Virus record (IMG/VR): IMGVR_UViG_3300030104_002586
Coordinates: 1-34,569 of that record
Strand: one strand, 5' to 3'
DNA length: 34,569 nt
Source: a virus
Lineage: Duplodnaviria > Caudoviricetes
The translations under genes and the position numbers were made by a program. Of this stretch, positions 16,241-26,073 are shown piece by piece (within the stretch, counting starts at the first letter, position 1; every line of letters starts with the position of its first letter). Below the pieces are notes generated by a model. The model saw only the letters and a list, made by a program, of their open reading frames with translations, was not told where the DNA came from and searched no databases.

Positions 16241-16768
16241 TTATTTCTTTAATCCATACAAAGTAAATTTACCACGCAGTATATTGCTCGTCGGTCCCTC
16301 GCAAGAAATTTGTATTCCGTCGATTGCTGAATTATGTGTATAAGTTCCGCCACCGTGAATACCTAACATTGTGGTAGTATCTTCAGCGTAATAAACAGAT
16401 TCAATAGTTACGTGTGTGTGCATAGATGAAACACCACCATTAAATATATAAACAAACATATTAAAACCTTTACCGTCCGTATTATTTAAAGAACCAGAAC
16501 CAACAAAAAATGCACGGTTTGTGTCTGCAAGATTATTATAACTTGCGTCAGCTCTTATTGATTTTCCACTTTCATCATATTCGCTAACTGAAGTAGCACT
16601 TCCACTTTCAGTAAATCTAAAATGCACATCGGCGTTTGTAGTTACTGGATTAAAATCATTTATAACCAACAAATGAACATTGTAAGTATCATCAATACCA
16701 GAAAGAGTTACATTAGAAGTTGAGGAAGTAACTGTATCTTCGCTAATTTTTATTAAACTACCAGCCAT
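16241..16768 (-). CDS. Tail fibre/tip-associated beta protein, paralog 3
   Basis: Ser/Thr-rich, ends GKFTLYGLKK. Confidence 0.6.
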   Translation of the reverse strand: MAGSLIKISEDTVTSSTSNVTLSGIDDTYNVHLLVINDFNPVTTNADVHFRFTESGSATSVSEYDESGKSIRADASYNNLADTNRAFFVGSGSLNNTDGKGFNMFVYIFNGGVSSMHTHVTIESVYYAEDTTTMLGIHGGGTYTHNSAIDGIQISCEGPTSNILRGKFTLYGLKK

Positions 16769-17310
16769 TATCTTTTATACCCCCAAACATTTATTGTTGC
16801 ACCGCTTTTAACACCATTACCAGAACCAACGTGTATAACTTGAATACCTTTATGAGTACCAGCAGTTGATAAAGTACCAATAGCTTTAGTAGAAAGAAAT
16901 TCATTACTTGTTGTTAATCCCCAAGAGTGCGCAATTAAAAAAGTAAAACTTGTAGCGTCATAAGGGGAATAAACATAGAGAACCGCCTCTCTTTGTTTTC
17001 CTAAAGACAAATCTCTATCTGGTAAGTAAGAAATAAATATTTCATTTTGTCCCTGATTTCTTACATCAAAATTAACACCGCTTCCACCATTTAATCCTCT
17101 TGAAGCATAGTTGTAAGTAAAAGTATCGTTAATTGCGTTGTTGGAACTATCTAATAACCTTACAAAAGTATTATTAGCAACACCGCTATCATCTTCATAA
17201 ACATAAACAACTTTATAAACATCATAATCGGCAGTAAAACAATCAGTAATGCTAAATATATCTGCGTTAGATGTTGATGTTGCCGACTTAACCAATTCCA
17301 AACTCGCCAT
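16768..17310 (-). CDS. Tail fibre/tip-associated beta protein, paralog 2
   Basis: Ends ATINVWGYKR; similar layout to its neighbours. Confidence 0.6.
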   Translation of the reverse strand: MASLELVKSATSTSNADIFSITDCFTADYDVYKVVYVYEDDSGVANNTFVRLLDSSNNAINDTFTYNYASRGLNGGSGVNFDVRNQGQNEIFISYLPDRDLSLGKQREAVLYVYSPYDATSFTFLIAHSWGLTTSNEFLSTKAIGTLSTAGTHKGIQVIHVGSGNGVKSGATINVWGYKR

Positions 17311-17888
17311 TATGAATCCGCCAATCCGTATAAAGAAAACGCACCACTTGAAATATTAGCGCTTGTAAATAAAACCCTAAGTGCGTCATTGGTTTCAGCG
17401 GTTGCATAAAGACCAGCACCGAAAGTTGATATTGCGTCTGGGTCTTGAGTAACACCAGCACCCTGATAATTTACTGTTGATTGTTTTGAACTATTACCCA
17501 AATTGTAAAGATAAACAAAAGCTCCACCCCAACACTCACTTCCATTATTACCAATGTTATGTACCAAAGAAAAGTGCGAATCGTTCGAAGCTCCCTTCGG
17601 TTGAAAAGTACCATTGGCTTTCATATAATCAAAAGACCAATAATAACCACTTGAATTATGATAACTGCTACCACCGTCATTAGACAGTTCAATCCTTACC
17701 GCTTTATTGTCCCCGTCTGGTTTCATACGAGCTATTGTCAAAAAATGAGTTTTATAAACATCTTCACTAATTGAAGTAAATTCAACCGCACTTGTACTGC
17801 TTGTAATTGTATGAGTTTGGATTAATTCTAATTTACCAAAATCTACAACGCCTCCAAGAAGACCAAACCTTGCACTACCTAAAGGCAT
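17310..17888 (-). CDS. Tail fibre/tip-associated beta protein, paralog 1
   Basis: LELIQTHTI...GAFSLYGL. Confidence 0.6.
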   Translation of the reverse strand: MPLGSARFGLLGGVVDFGKLELIQTHTITSSTSAVEFTSISEDVYKTHFLTIARMKPDGDNKAVRIELSNDGGSSYHNSSGYYWSFDYMKANGTFQPKGASNDSHFSLVHNIGNNGSECWGGAFVYLYNLGNSSKQSTVNYQGAGVTQDPDAISTFGAGLYATAETNDALRVLFTSANISSGAFSLYGLADS

Positions 17889-17896
17889 AAAACCCC

Positions 17897-18763
17897 CTAA
17901 CTAAAATTTTGAAGCGCATTGAGTAAGGGCGTTCCAGCGTCGTAAAACAAAAACGTTACCAAATCAATAGCGTTAGCGCCGTCTGAAACGGTATAGCCAG
18001 TTCCACCAGCAGTTTTTGCAGTTACATTACCACCACCATTAACCGTAACGGCGTTAATTGCAACTGTCTTAGAACTTGAGGCGTGTTGTGTAATTTGTAA
18101 AGTAAAAGTAGCAACACCATTTGTTGGAACGTTTGTAAAATCAATATCTGTAATATTTTCCGTTAGTGTAATACTTCCTGTATTTCCATTTGCTAAGTTA
18201 ATCGCAAGAACGTTTGACGAGCTTGTTACGGCTTGGTCAGTTTCAGAATAATCTTTTAATATTATTTCTTTTGCTACTTGGTCATTAAAATCAACTTCAG
18301 CGTCAATATCTAATGCTATTACACCAGACGTAGCAGTTAAATTTGCACCAGTTATACCGCTAACCAAATCTGCAACCGATTCTTTCTTACTTGCGTTAGA
18401 ATCATCAGCGTCAATAATTGGAATACTATCATTAGCAACATTAATTGTAGCGCCTGTCAATTCATCTAAATCAAGAGCAAGTGAAACTGCACCAGAAGCA
18501 CCACCACCGCTCAAACCATTTCCAGCAGTAATGCCCGTAATATCGCCCTCGCCAATAAAGTTAGCCCAGCTACTACCGTCGTAAAATGTTAAAGTATTTG
18601 TGTCCTTAAGGAATGCGAACATTCCCTCTTCAGCAGAAGTAATAGCAGAGTTACGAGCAGAAGCGTCAGCAAATACCATAACAACTTGTTCTTGAATATA
18701 ATTATTAAAATCGCTGGCATTGACCAAATCGCCAGTAGCCCAAACCTTAAATCCTGCTCCCAT
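17897..18763 (-). CDS. Tail fibre protein
   Basis: N-terminal FKVWATGDLVNASDFNNY attachment-like segment; Gly/Ser/Thr-rich repeats. Confidence 0.7.
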   Translation of the reverse strand: MGAGFKVWATGDLVNASDFNNYIQEQVVMVFADASARNSAITSAEEGMFAFLKDTNTLTFYDGSSWANFIGEGDITGITAGNGLSGGGASGAVSLALDLDELTGATINVANDSIPIIDADDSNASKKESVADLVSGITGANLTATSGVIALDIDAEVDFNDQVAKEIILKDYSETDQAVTSSSNVLAINLANGNTGSITLTENITDIDFTNVPTNGVATFTLQITQHASSSKTVAINAVTVNGGGNVTAKTAGGTGYTVSDGANAIDLVTFLFYDAGTPLLNALQNFS

Positions 18764-18772
18764 ATTAGCTCC

Positions 18773-20038
18773 TTATGTATAAACCAATCTTGTTCCCTCG
18801 CCCAGTTTAGCCTGACCAAGAACCCAGCCAGAAGAACCAGCAGGACTAAGGGTCAAGTTCCAAGACCAACTTTGCGAGCTAGCATTAACCGAGTGGCTAA
18901 TACTTTCAATCCATAATTCATCAGTATAGCTAGAAGTGTCGGGATTTACTATCTTAACTGATATTCTATCCCCAAATTCTAAGCCTAAAGCTTTTTCCCA
19001 TATATTTACATTTTGACGAGGATTAACTACAAGAGAATCAATACGAACAATAGGTAAAGCAGTTTCATTTAGCTTTTGTTCAATAATTGATTTAACATCA
19101 CTATCAGAAGTGTTAATAGTTGATTGAGTGCTTGTACGAGGACGATAACGCAGAACAGAAGTAGCGTCGCTAACACTTTGCTCAGAACCACCTGACCTAG
19201 TCCATTTATAAACGTTGCGCACTTCATTGACATCAAAAGATGTTTTAACATCAGTATAAGGAAGATTAGAACCGTCATTTGAAAACGTTGCTTGAACCGT
19301 TGTAGCTTTTACATTAGACAATTTATATTCCCTATTTCTAAAGGTAGCTTTACCGTCTTTAGCAATAAAAAATTGTGCGTTCTCAGCCACCTCACATTGA
19401 CGCAGTGAGGACAACACATTGTTATTAACATCTTGAGAAACTACTTGATGAACACCAGTATTAATATCGCGCAAAGAACTAGGAAATTGTATTGTGTCTA
19501 AAATACGAGATACACGAGCCGAACTCAATTCGGTTTCATCTTCATAAGCAAAAGTAGTAGATACGCCCAGTTCAGAAAAACCAGCAGTACCCAATATCCA
19601 GCCAGAAGATTCAAGTGTTTGTCCATTAAATATTTTGAAAGCATCAACACAATTAAATTGAACAACGGAATCGCTACCCAAAGCTGGAAAGCTTACAGGG
19701 ACAGTATCAAGAAAACCTTGATACAAACGATAAGTAGTTGAATCATAAGTAGCAGATATTCTTACAACCTTAAACGGCTGAATTTTTGTTATTGAATTTG
19801 ACGAATCATAATAGGGACTTGAAGTATTTGTTGGGTTAAACCTATTGTCAGCGTTAGATAATAGAAGAGAACAAGTACCAGCAACGAACTGTCCAAGCTC
19901 ATTTGTACGACCACGTTTAGTAGCAAAGCTTCTAACATAAGAACTTATATCAGTAAAAGATTGCGAATCGTCAAATGGGTTAGAATCAAAACCTACTTCA
20001 ACAGTTAAATTTACATTACTATCAAAAGCAATAGACAT
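18773..20038 (-). CDS. Minor tail/baseplate hub protein
   Basis: Directly after tape measure; TDISSYVR...RGR...AGTCSLLLSNADNRFNP. Confidence 0.7.
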   Translation of the reverse strand: MSIAFDSNVNLTVEVGFDSNPFDDSQSFTDISSYVRSFATKRGRTNELGQFVAGTCSLLLSNADNRFNPTNTSSPYYDSSNSITKIQPFKVVRISATYDSTTYRLYQGFLDTVPVSFPALGSDSVVQFNCVDAFKIFNGQTLESSGWILGTAGFSELGVSTTFAYEDETELSSARVSRILDTIQFPSSLRDINTGVHQVVSQDVNNNVLSSLRQCEVAENAQFFIAKDGKATFRNREYKLSNVKATTVQATFSNDGSNLPYTDVKTSFDVNEVRNVYKWTRSGGSEQSVSDATSVLRYRPRTSTQSTINTSDSDVKSIIEQKLNETALPIVRIDSLVVNPRQNVNIWEKALGLEFGDRISVKIVNPDTSSYTDELWIESISHSVNASSQSWSWNLTLSPAGSSGWVLGQAKLGEGTRLVYT

Positions 20039-22536
20039 TACCCAAGCACCACGCCTCTTATAGTGGCTTTTTCAAAAGCTTTAGCAGTTTGTTCAACAAA
20101 TTCTTCATCAGAGCCAATAATAGTTCCAGCGTTATTGTTAATTACAATCATTGGTTCCCCAAGTCTTGCTAACAAATCAGCCCTTTGACTAGGAGGAACG
20201 TTACCACCAACAGAAGCAACTGGTGTTGGAAACTTAGTTCCACCACCGCCACCGCCACCAGCACCAGCACCAGAACCAGTAGTAGTAGATGAAGTAGAGC
20301 CAGCCCCAGTATCTAAACCAACAGAAGTAGCTTTTGCGAAGAGTTCATCATACATAGACATCATTTTCCCTACTTCAACACCAGTAAGTTCAGCCATCAT
20401 TTTTAATGCGTCTGTATAACCTTTAGTGCCTTTACCAAAACCCTCAAGAGCTTCGTTCAAATCATTTTGTAAGATTGCATATTCTAAAGTGTTTTGCAAA
20501 GAAGCTTCAGTTAATTTATTAAGCTTCTCTTGTTCTTCACGAAGTCTTTCAACGGCTTCTTTACGTTTTTCTTCCGCGCTAATAAGTCTTTCTTCAGCCC
20601 GTTCAACTTCCCTAAGCGAATCAATTTCTTCTGCGCTTAACGCAACAGATTCGTCTTGCAATTTAATTAATTCTTTTTTAGCAAGTTGCAATTCAAGTTC
20701 TTTTTCTCTAGAACCGTCTTGCTGGTCAGCCAACTCTTGTAAAGCTTGCTTTTGTCTAATAATCGCAAGTTCTTCCTCAGCAGTAACTTTCGCACCAAGA
20801 CCAGACACTTCATTAGCACGTTCTTTTGCTTTTTCTAAATCAGCAATTGCCTGAGCTTCTTTTTCCTCAGCTTGAGTTCTTTTTGTAAGAGCTTTATTAC
20901 GACGTTCTTCTTGTTTGTTAATTCTTTCTTGTTTGCTTTCAAGTGCGTCTAGAGCATTGACAACAGATTCAATACCAGAGAGCAAAGTGTCTTCATAAGC
21001 TTCAGCAGTTTTCAAAGCTTCTTTTGCGTTTTCGTCAAGTGCAATTCCATTTTCGTCAAGTAAAGCAGTAAGTTCATCAACAGTAAAATTAGTTCCGTCA
21101 AGAACATCTTCAAGCTTTACCGTTTCATCAACAAAAGAACCAGCCTCTTCAGTTGTTTGATGATATTGATTACGCATTTGTCTATAAATATCAACAGTAC
21201 GATGTTGAATTTCTTGTTGTTTCCTAAATTCTTCATTACCTTTACCAACGATTTTTACGATACCAGCAATAGCAATTCCAACCGCAGTTGCAACTGGAGC
21301 AAGAGGTCCCAGAACTGCAACTACCGCAATCATTGCTAATTTGAATTTCTTTCCTCCGTCTTCCGCCGCCTTTTGACCCTCTTGAAATTTAATTATCCTT
21401 TCAGTAAGAGTTTGAAAGAACGGAATCATCTTTTCAATAACTGGTGCTAAATCTTTACCTATAATTATTGCTAAGTTGCCTACCGTGTTTTGTAAAATTT
21501 CAGTTTGTGCTTTCAAACTTTCTAATTGTTTTTCAGCAACTTCTGCCGTAGTCCCGCCAGCTTCCCTCAACGCTTCATCATATTCTTTAATTTGGTCTTC
21601 AGCACCAGCAAGAATTTTAACTGCGTCAGCAACACCTCTGTTCAAACCAAGTTGGTCTAACAAACCAGCCTTTTGAGTATCGCTTAAACCCTCCATACCA
21701 GCAGTAAGATTCGCAACGACGTCGCCTAAGTGAAGCAAGTTACCGTCAGCGTCAGTTACAACTATTCCATTTTTAACCCACTCAGAATTATTTTTCTTTA
21801 CCGCCCTAGATACATCTCTTAAAATTTGATTAAGTTTTTCGCCAGCTTCAGCACCTTTAACACCTCTATCAGCAAAAGCAGAAAGAACCGCGACACCCTC
21901 TTCAATATCTTTACCAACAACTTTTAGCGCTGCTCCTGCCTTATTTGTAAGAGCTTCAGAGAATTGTTGCACGGTAGCGTTAGCCAGAGTGTTCGCCTTA
22001 ACAAGTACGTCAGTTACCCTAGTTAAATTTTCTAAGTTTTTTTGTGCGTCTTTAACAGTAAGACCAAGTGCGGATTGGGCGTCAGTTGCTAAGTCAGTAG
22101 CAAGAGCCATATCAAACATACCTGCTTGAGCAAACTTTGCAACCTGAGGAAGAGCAGAAATAGATTGTTCAGCGTCAAGACCAGCAGAAGCAAGAAAGAA
22201 ATAAGCTTCAGCAGATTCAGTTGCGCTTATTGTAGTTTGCATAGCAACATCTCTTGCAGTTTGCGCCATAGCTTCTTGTTGGGCGGTAGTTGTTTGCATA
22301 ATAGCAAGAGATTGCGTCATCTTATCTTCAAAGCCCGTAAAAGCCTTTATAGAAGCGCTTGCACCCTTTGCAAGACCAAGCATACCAACGGCAACCGCAC
22401 TAAGACCGACCTTAGCCAGCTTGCCCATTTTCCCACCAAGAGCGCCACCCTCTTTACCCAAATTATTTAATTGAGCTTTTGCTAAGGTTGCACCTTTAGT
22501 AGCTATCCTTATTATTAAATCTGCACCAGCACCCAT
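20038..22536 (-). CDS. Tail tape measure protein (TP901-like core)
   Basis: 832 aa, Ala-rich helical, SATESAEAYFFLASAG, GVKGAEAG; hydrophobic and coiled-coil segments. Confidence 0.93.
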   Translation of the reverse strand: MGAGADLIIRIATKGATLAKAQLNNLGKEGGALGGKMGKLAKVGLSAVAVGMLGLAKGASASIKAFTGFEDKMTQSLAIMQTTTAQQEAMAQTARDVAMQTTISATESAEAYFFLASAGLDAEQSISALPQVAKFAQAGMFDMALATDLATDAQSALGLTVKDAQKNLENLTRVTDVLVKANTLANATVQQFSEALTNKAGAALKVVGKDIEEGVAVLSAFADRGVKGAEAGEKLNQILRDVSRAVKKNNSEWVKNGIVVTDADGNLLHLGDVVANLTAGMEGLSDTQKAGLLDQLGLNRGVADAVKILAGAEDQIKEYDEALREAGGTTAEVAEKQLESLKAQTEILQNTVGNLAIIIGKDLAPVIEKMIPFFQTLTERIIKFQEGQKAAEDGGKKFKLAMIAVVAVLGPLAPVATAVGIAIAGIVKIVGKGNEEFRKQQEIQHRTVDIYRQMRNQYHQTTEEAGSFVDETVKLEDVLDGTNFTVDELTALLDENGIALDENAKEALKTAEAYEDTLLSGIESVVNALDALESKQERINKQEERRNKALTKRTQAEEKEAQAIADLEKAKERANEVSGLGAKVTAEEELAIIRQKQALQELADQQDGSREKELELQLAKKELIKLQDESVALSAEEIDSLREVERAEERLISAEEKRKEAVERLREEQEKLNKLTEASLQNTLEYAILQNDLNEALEGFGKGTKGYTDALKMMAELTGVEVGKMMSMYDELFAKATSVGLDTGAGSTSSTTTGSGAGAGGGGGGGTKFPTPVASVGGNVPPSQRADLLARLGEPMIVINNNAGTIIGSDEEFVEQTAKAFEKATIRGVVLG

Positions 22537-22730
22537 TATCTATTCGACCTCTTTTTCGCCTCAGCTTGAGCCAAAGCCATTTGCTTGTTTTGTTCTTCTT
22601 GTTCCCAGAGGTAGAAAGCTACCCATTGAGAAAACTCGTATGAGGACATTGTAGTAGATAATTCGCCCACCGTCATACAAAGGTCGCGGGCTAATCGAAA
22701 TTTGAAAGCAAGCTCGTGATTATTCTTGAA
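22536..22730 (-). CDS. Tail assembly chaperone gpT-like frame (frameshift extension), not in ORF track
   Basis: FKNNHELAFKFRLARDLCMTVGELSTTMSSYEFSQWVAFYLWE...; open in the +1 frame from TTTC at the end of gpG; TAATG overlap with tape measure. Confidence 0.75.
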   Translation of the reverse strand, partial: FKNNHELAFKFRLARDLCMTVGELSTTMSSYEFSQWVAFYLWEQEEQNKQMALAQAEAKKRSNR

Positions 22731-23061
22731 ACTCGTTCAAGATTTCCTCTTGAGCCTCACCGCCAATACCGTTAAGATTTGCTATTTGGACAAAGAGATT
22801 GTCGAGTACAGAAGCGTCTTTTTCGTAAAGACTTTCAATAGCTTTATCATCTAGCTTAGGTTCAATAACGCTTGCTTGTAATAAAGCTTTTTGATAATCA
22901 AAAGCGTCAGTAGTTTCAGCGCCAGAAATACGAGCAAGTTCAACTTGCATTTTCTTAGACAAACCTTTTATTTTTACCTTAACTTTCCACTCTGGGATTT
23001 CTATTTCCTCAACGGGAACGTCAGGTAGATTATTTATTTTATTTATATCTAAATATTCCAT
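22720..23061 (-). CDS. Tail assembly chaperone gpG-like
   Basis: EIEIPEWKVKVKIKGLS; lies between tail tube and tape measure. Confidence 0.8.
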   Translation of the reverse strand: MEYLDINKINNLPDVPVEEIEIPEWKVKVKIKGLSKKMQVELARISGAETTDAFDYQKALLQASVIEPKLDDKAIESLYEKDASVLDNLFVQIANLNGIGGEAQEEILNEFQE

Positions 23062-23082
23062 TGTGTTCTTCCTCTAAAACGT

Positions 23083-23493
23083 TTAGTGAGTAGCGCGAGT
23101 AACGTCGCCACTAACTTGTAAATCACAACTATATGCAACAACGTCGCCAACTGGACTAGATACTGCGTAATTGGTCATAACCGCTTCGCCAGTATATTTA
23201 ACTTTTCCAGAGCTTGTACCCTCAGGGCTATATTCAAAACTTAATGTTGCAGATTGACCACGAACCACACCAGCGATTGCGTCAAAAGTAGCGTCCCAAA
23301 GACCAGCAAAGGAAATTGTCGCGTCCTTTAATCCTACAATATAAGTTTTAGAATCAGCACCAAGAGTAGTTGTTTCAGCAATATCACTTGTTGCAGGAAA
23401 ATCTACATTGTTAATGTAAGTAGATATATCTGTTAATGAACCAGACGCGTTGTCCAGCTTAAAAACAGAATCCTTACCGTGTGTAAAAGCCAT
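23083..23493 (-). CDS. Major tail tube protein
   Basis: AETTTLG..SKTYIVGLKDATIS, VKYTGEAVMTNY, VGDVVAYSCDLQVSG. Confidence 0.85.
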   Translation of the reverse strand: MAFTHGKDSVFKLDNASGSLTDISTYINNVDFPATSDIAETTTLGADSKTYIVGLKDATISFAGLWDATFDAIAGVVRGQSATLSFEYSPEGTSSGKVKYTGEAVMTNYAVSSPVGDVVAYSCDLQVSGDVTRATH

Positions 23494-23504
23494 TTATTCT
23501 CCTC

Positions 23505-24218
23505 TTAATTATTTCTTCCGAATCCAATTATAACATTATAATTCGGGCTTGTCCCACCAAGCGTCGCTACAACTTTTAGATAACGATTCACGGTAGTTCC
23601 TTTAGCAACCGACTTAAACTCAGCTCCAGCCGAACTTGTTACTTGTGTGAAAGCAACCAAATCAGCATACGTAGTATTGTCAGCGCTATGTGTTATTTTT
23701 ACGTCTAACGTAGGCGAGCTTCCACTAGCCGAAGTTACAATTATGAAAGCACCACCACCATTACCAGTAGCAGAACCATAATCACGAGCCGTACCAGAAG
23801 CCGTTACGGTATATGTAGCATTTTCAAGTACATTACCAGAGAACAACCCTCCGTCAGCTTGGACATCTATTGAGGAAGCGACAATGTCGCCAACGGGCGA
23901 AGACTTACCATAAGAAGTTATATTTGAATTACCAAACACAACACCGTCAGTAGCGTCTATACCGTCAATCCCCATACAAAAAACAAAGTCAGAACCGCCT
24001 AACAAAGTGTTAGTAGAAGCGTCAGCAGTTGCGTCAAAAAAACCACCAAGTGAAACAGTGCCGTCTAAATTACCAGCTATATAAGTTTTGCTTGCTTTAC
24101 CAAATGTAGTTGATTCAGCAACATCACTAGAAAGAGTTGTATCAACATTATTAAAGTATTGTGAAAAATCATTATTATCAAAAAACACTTTCGTATCTTT
24201 ACCGTGCTTAAAAGCCAT
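23505..24218 (-). CDS. Tail tube-like paralog with extra C-terminal domain
   Basis: MAFKHGKD, AESTTFG..SKTYIAG, SSPVGDIVA align with the downstream gene. Confidence 0.75.
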   Translation of the reverse strand: MAFKHGKDTKVFFDNNDFSQYFNNVDTTLSSDVAESTTFGKASKTYIAGNLDGTVSLGGFFDATADASTNTLLGGSDFVFCMGIDGIDATDGVVFGNSNITSYGKSSPVGDIVASSIDVQADGGLFSGNVLENATYTVTASGTARDYGSATGNGGGAFIIVTSASGSSPTLDVKITHSADNTTYADLVAFTQVTSSAGAEFKSVAKGTTVNRYLKVVATLGGTSPNYNVIIGFGRNN

Positions 24219-24295
24219 TATTTACCTCGCCTACCAGAACCACGTCTGCGCCTACGCCTAGTTGAACCACCGCCACTTGTTTTACCATAGCCCAT
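24218..24295 (-). CDS. Arg/Gly-rich protamine-like micropeptide (25 aa), not in ORF track
   Basis: MGYGKTSGGGSTRRRRRRGSGRRGK; SD GAGGAGG; TAATG overlaps at both ends. Confidence 0.75.
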   Translation of the reverse strand: MGYGKTSGGGSTRRRRRRGSGRRGK

Positions 24296-24513
24296 TATTC
24301 CTCCTCTAAAATTTCTTCAAATTCAGTATCAACGTCATCAATTTTTTCATCTTGTAAAATTTTTTCTTGCATTTTTTTATCAACCTTAACAACAATTTCT
24401 TGGTCAAGTAACCAGCTCAAAGACTTTTTAGGAATATCTTTTGCTTCAACCATAGAACCAGCTTCCAGTATTTTACCACCAGTCATAAGAGTTTCTTTTA
24501 TTAAATATTTCAT
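24295..24513 (-). CDS. Hypothetical protein (72 aa, acidic C-terminus)
   Basis: Coupled ORF in the neck/tail operon. Confidence 0.75.
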   Translation of the reverse strand: MKYLIKETLMTGGKILEAGSMVEAKDIPKKSLSWLLDQEIVVKVDKKMQEKILQDEKIDDVDTEFEEILEEE

Positions 24514-24920
24514 TATGCAATTACCTCAACAATAAATTCAACACCTAAGTAATTAATGTTGTTAATTTCATACACACCATAATTACCAGCACTTACAACT
24601 CTAACAGATTGAGCTTCCCCGTTCAACGTTGTGTCGCTTTCTATTTGAGCTTTAACAGAGCTAGCACCAGAGGACACCAAGAAGCCGTCAAGAGTTTCTT
24701 GACTATCTTGAGCATCAACTCTAGATACATAAAGATATACAGGCACAGAATATTTATCAGCACCACGCGACATAGATTCGTCATAAGTAATTGTGTCCAT
24801 TACACCAACAACCGCAGTAGGAGGTTCAACAGAATCAGGAACGAACTTAAATACACTTAAGCTAGTAATGTTTGCTAAATTATTACCAATTTCATTTCTA
24901 ATGTTTGTTAAGTTAGCCAT
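24513..24920 (-). CDS. Tail terminator/completion protein
   Basis: Size, synteny, PDSVEPPTAVV motif. Confidence 0.65.
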   Translation of the reverse strand: MANLTNIRNEIGNNLANITSLSVFKFVPDSVEPPTAVVGVMDTITYDESMSRGADKYSVPVYLYVSRVDAQDSQETLDGFLVSSGASSVKAQIESDTTLNGEAQSVRVVSAGNYGVYEINNINYLGVEFIVEVIA

Positions 24921-25451
24921 TTACAATTTCTTTCCAAAGCTTCCACGACGACCAGCTCGCCATTGTGCTTCTATCTTAATACCCGTTTTTTGTAATAACA
25001 GTTTCTTTTCAGTTTCATTATTTTTAATAGCAATTTTAAAGAACGGAATTATCGGCGTACCTTTACGACCAATAGCAGATTGAACCGCATAAACGTTAAT
25101 ACCTTTAGCGTCAGCCCAGCCTTGAAGCGCAGAGATAGGCGGGTAATGTGGCTTGCTTCTGCTCCACGGCTCTTTCATATTAAACTTTTGGTCATAGAAC
25201 CCGTGTATGAAAAGAGCATAAGGACTACGAGAGAACAATTCAATACCGACGGGAATACCAGATTGCGACGGAAGATGACGCATAGTTAAAGAGCCACGAA
25301 GATTACCCTCAAACTTAGGCGCAGTTTTTTTAGCGTCAGTTACAATTAATTTTCCATAGTTAGAGAAAAAATTTCTTAAATGAACACCCGCTAGAGCTTG
25401 AAGCTTTAACCTACGTTGCAACTCACGAGAGCCACCAACATCAAAGGACAT
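24921..25451 (-). CDS. HK97 gp10-like neck/tail completion protein
   Basis: AKKTAPKFEGNLRGSL, YALFIHG, GTPIIPFF. Confidence 0.7.
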   Translation of the reverse strand: MSFDVGGSRELQRRLKLQALAGVHLRNFFSNYGKLIVTDAKKTAPKFEGNLRGSLTMRHLPSQSGIPVGIELFSRSPYALFIHGFYDQKFNMKEPWSRSKPHYPPISALQGWADAKGINVYAVQSAIGRKGTPIIPFFKIAIKNNETEKKLLLQKTGIKIEAQWRAGRRGSFGKKL

Positions 25452-26067
25452 TTTTCTTATACGGTCTAATTAACTCTTTTGCGTCTGGGTCAAATTTAGA
25501 AAACAATTCTTGAGTACCAGTTTGTTCATTTCCAAAAACATTAAACGGCGTATCTTTCCTTTTAAATAAACGTGTAGCTTGAATAAGAGTAGCTTGCTTA
25601 ATTGCAGGCGGGACTTTACTGAAACCCCACTTAGCCTCAACTTTGATATTGTTAATTATTAACGGGTCAAACCTCTCACTAGAACGAGTAGGAATTATTT
25701 GAATATAGTTTTGAGGAAAACGGTAATCAGCGTCGCTAACCTCAATGTGTTCAGGGTTCATTGGTTTTAAAATAAAATCAGTATTTAACGTAATTGTTTT
25801 ATTATGCGTGCCGTCATCATTTGTATCAAGCTTAACAACCAGACCAGTAGTTGTAGAAATATCATCAACGGCAATTTCAACAAAATTAGTTGGTGTATAG
25901 TAACGCGCATTAACACTTTCATCTTGATAGAAATAACGACCACAGAAGCCGTCTATTTGACGCGAGGCGCCGTCTATTGCGTTATCTATATTTGTATCTT
26001 GCCCAGAACCAGACAAGCCTAGATACGTTTTTAAATCGGCTTTATCGACATATTGTTGATGAGCCAC
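25441..26067 (-). CDS. Head-tail adaptor (gp6/gp15-like)
   Basis: YVDKADLKTYLG, ASRQIDGFCGRYF, WGFSKVPPAIKQAT. Confidence 0.82.
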   Translation of the reverse strand: MAHQQYVDKADLKTYLGLSGSGQDTNIDNAIDGASRQIDGFCGRYFYQDESVNARYYTPTNFVEIAVDDISTTTGLVVKLDTNDDGTHNKTITLNTDFILKPMNPEHIEVSDADYRFPQNYIQIIPTRSSERFDPLIINNIKVEAKWGFSKVPPAIKQATLIQATRLFKRKDTPFNVFGNEQTGTQELFSKFDPDAKELIRPYKKNVL

Positions 26068-26073
26068 TTAAAC

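Noticed and set aside
20221-20310. Gly/Ser/Thr low-complexity repeat
   Set aside because: An ordinary flexible linker within the tape measure protein
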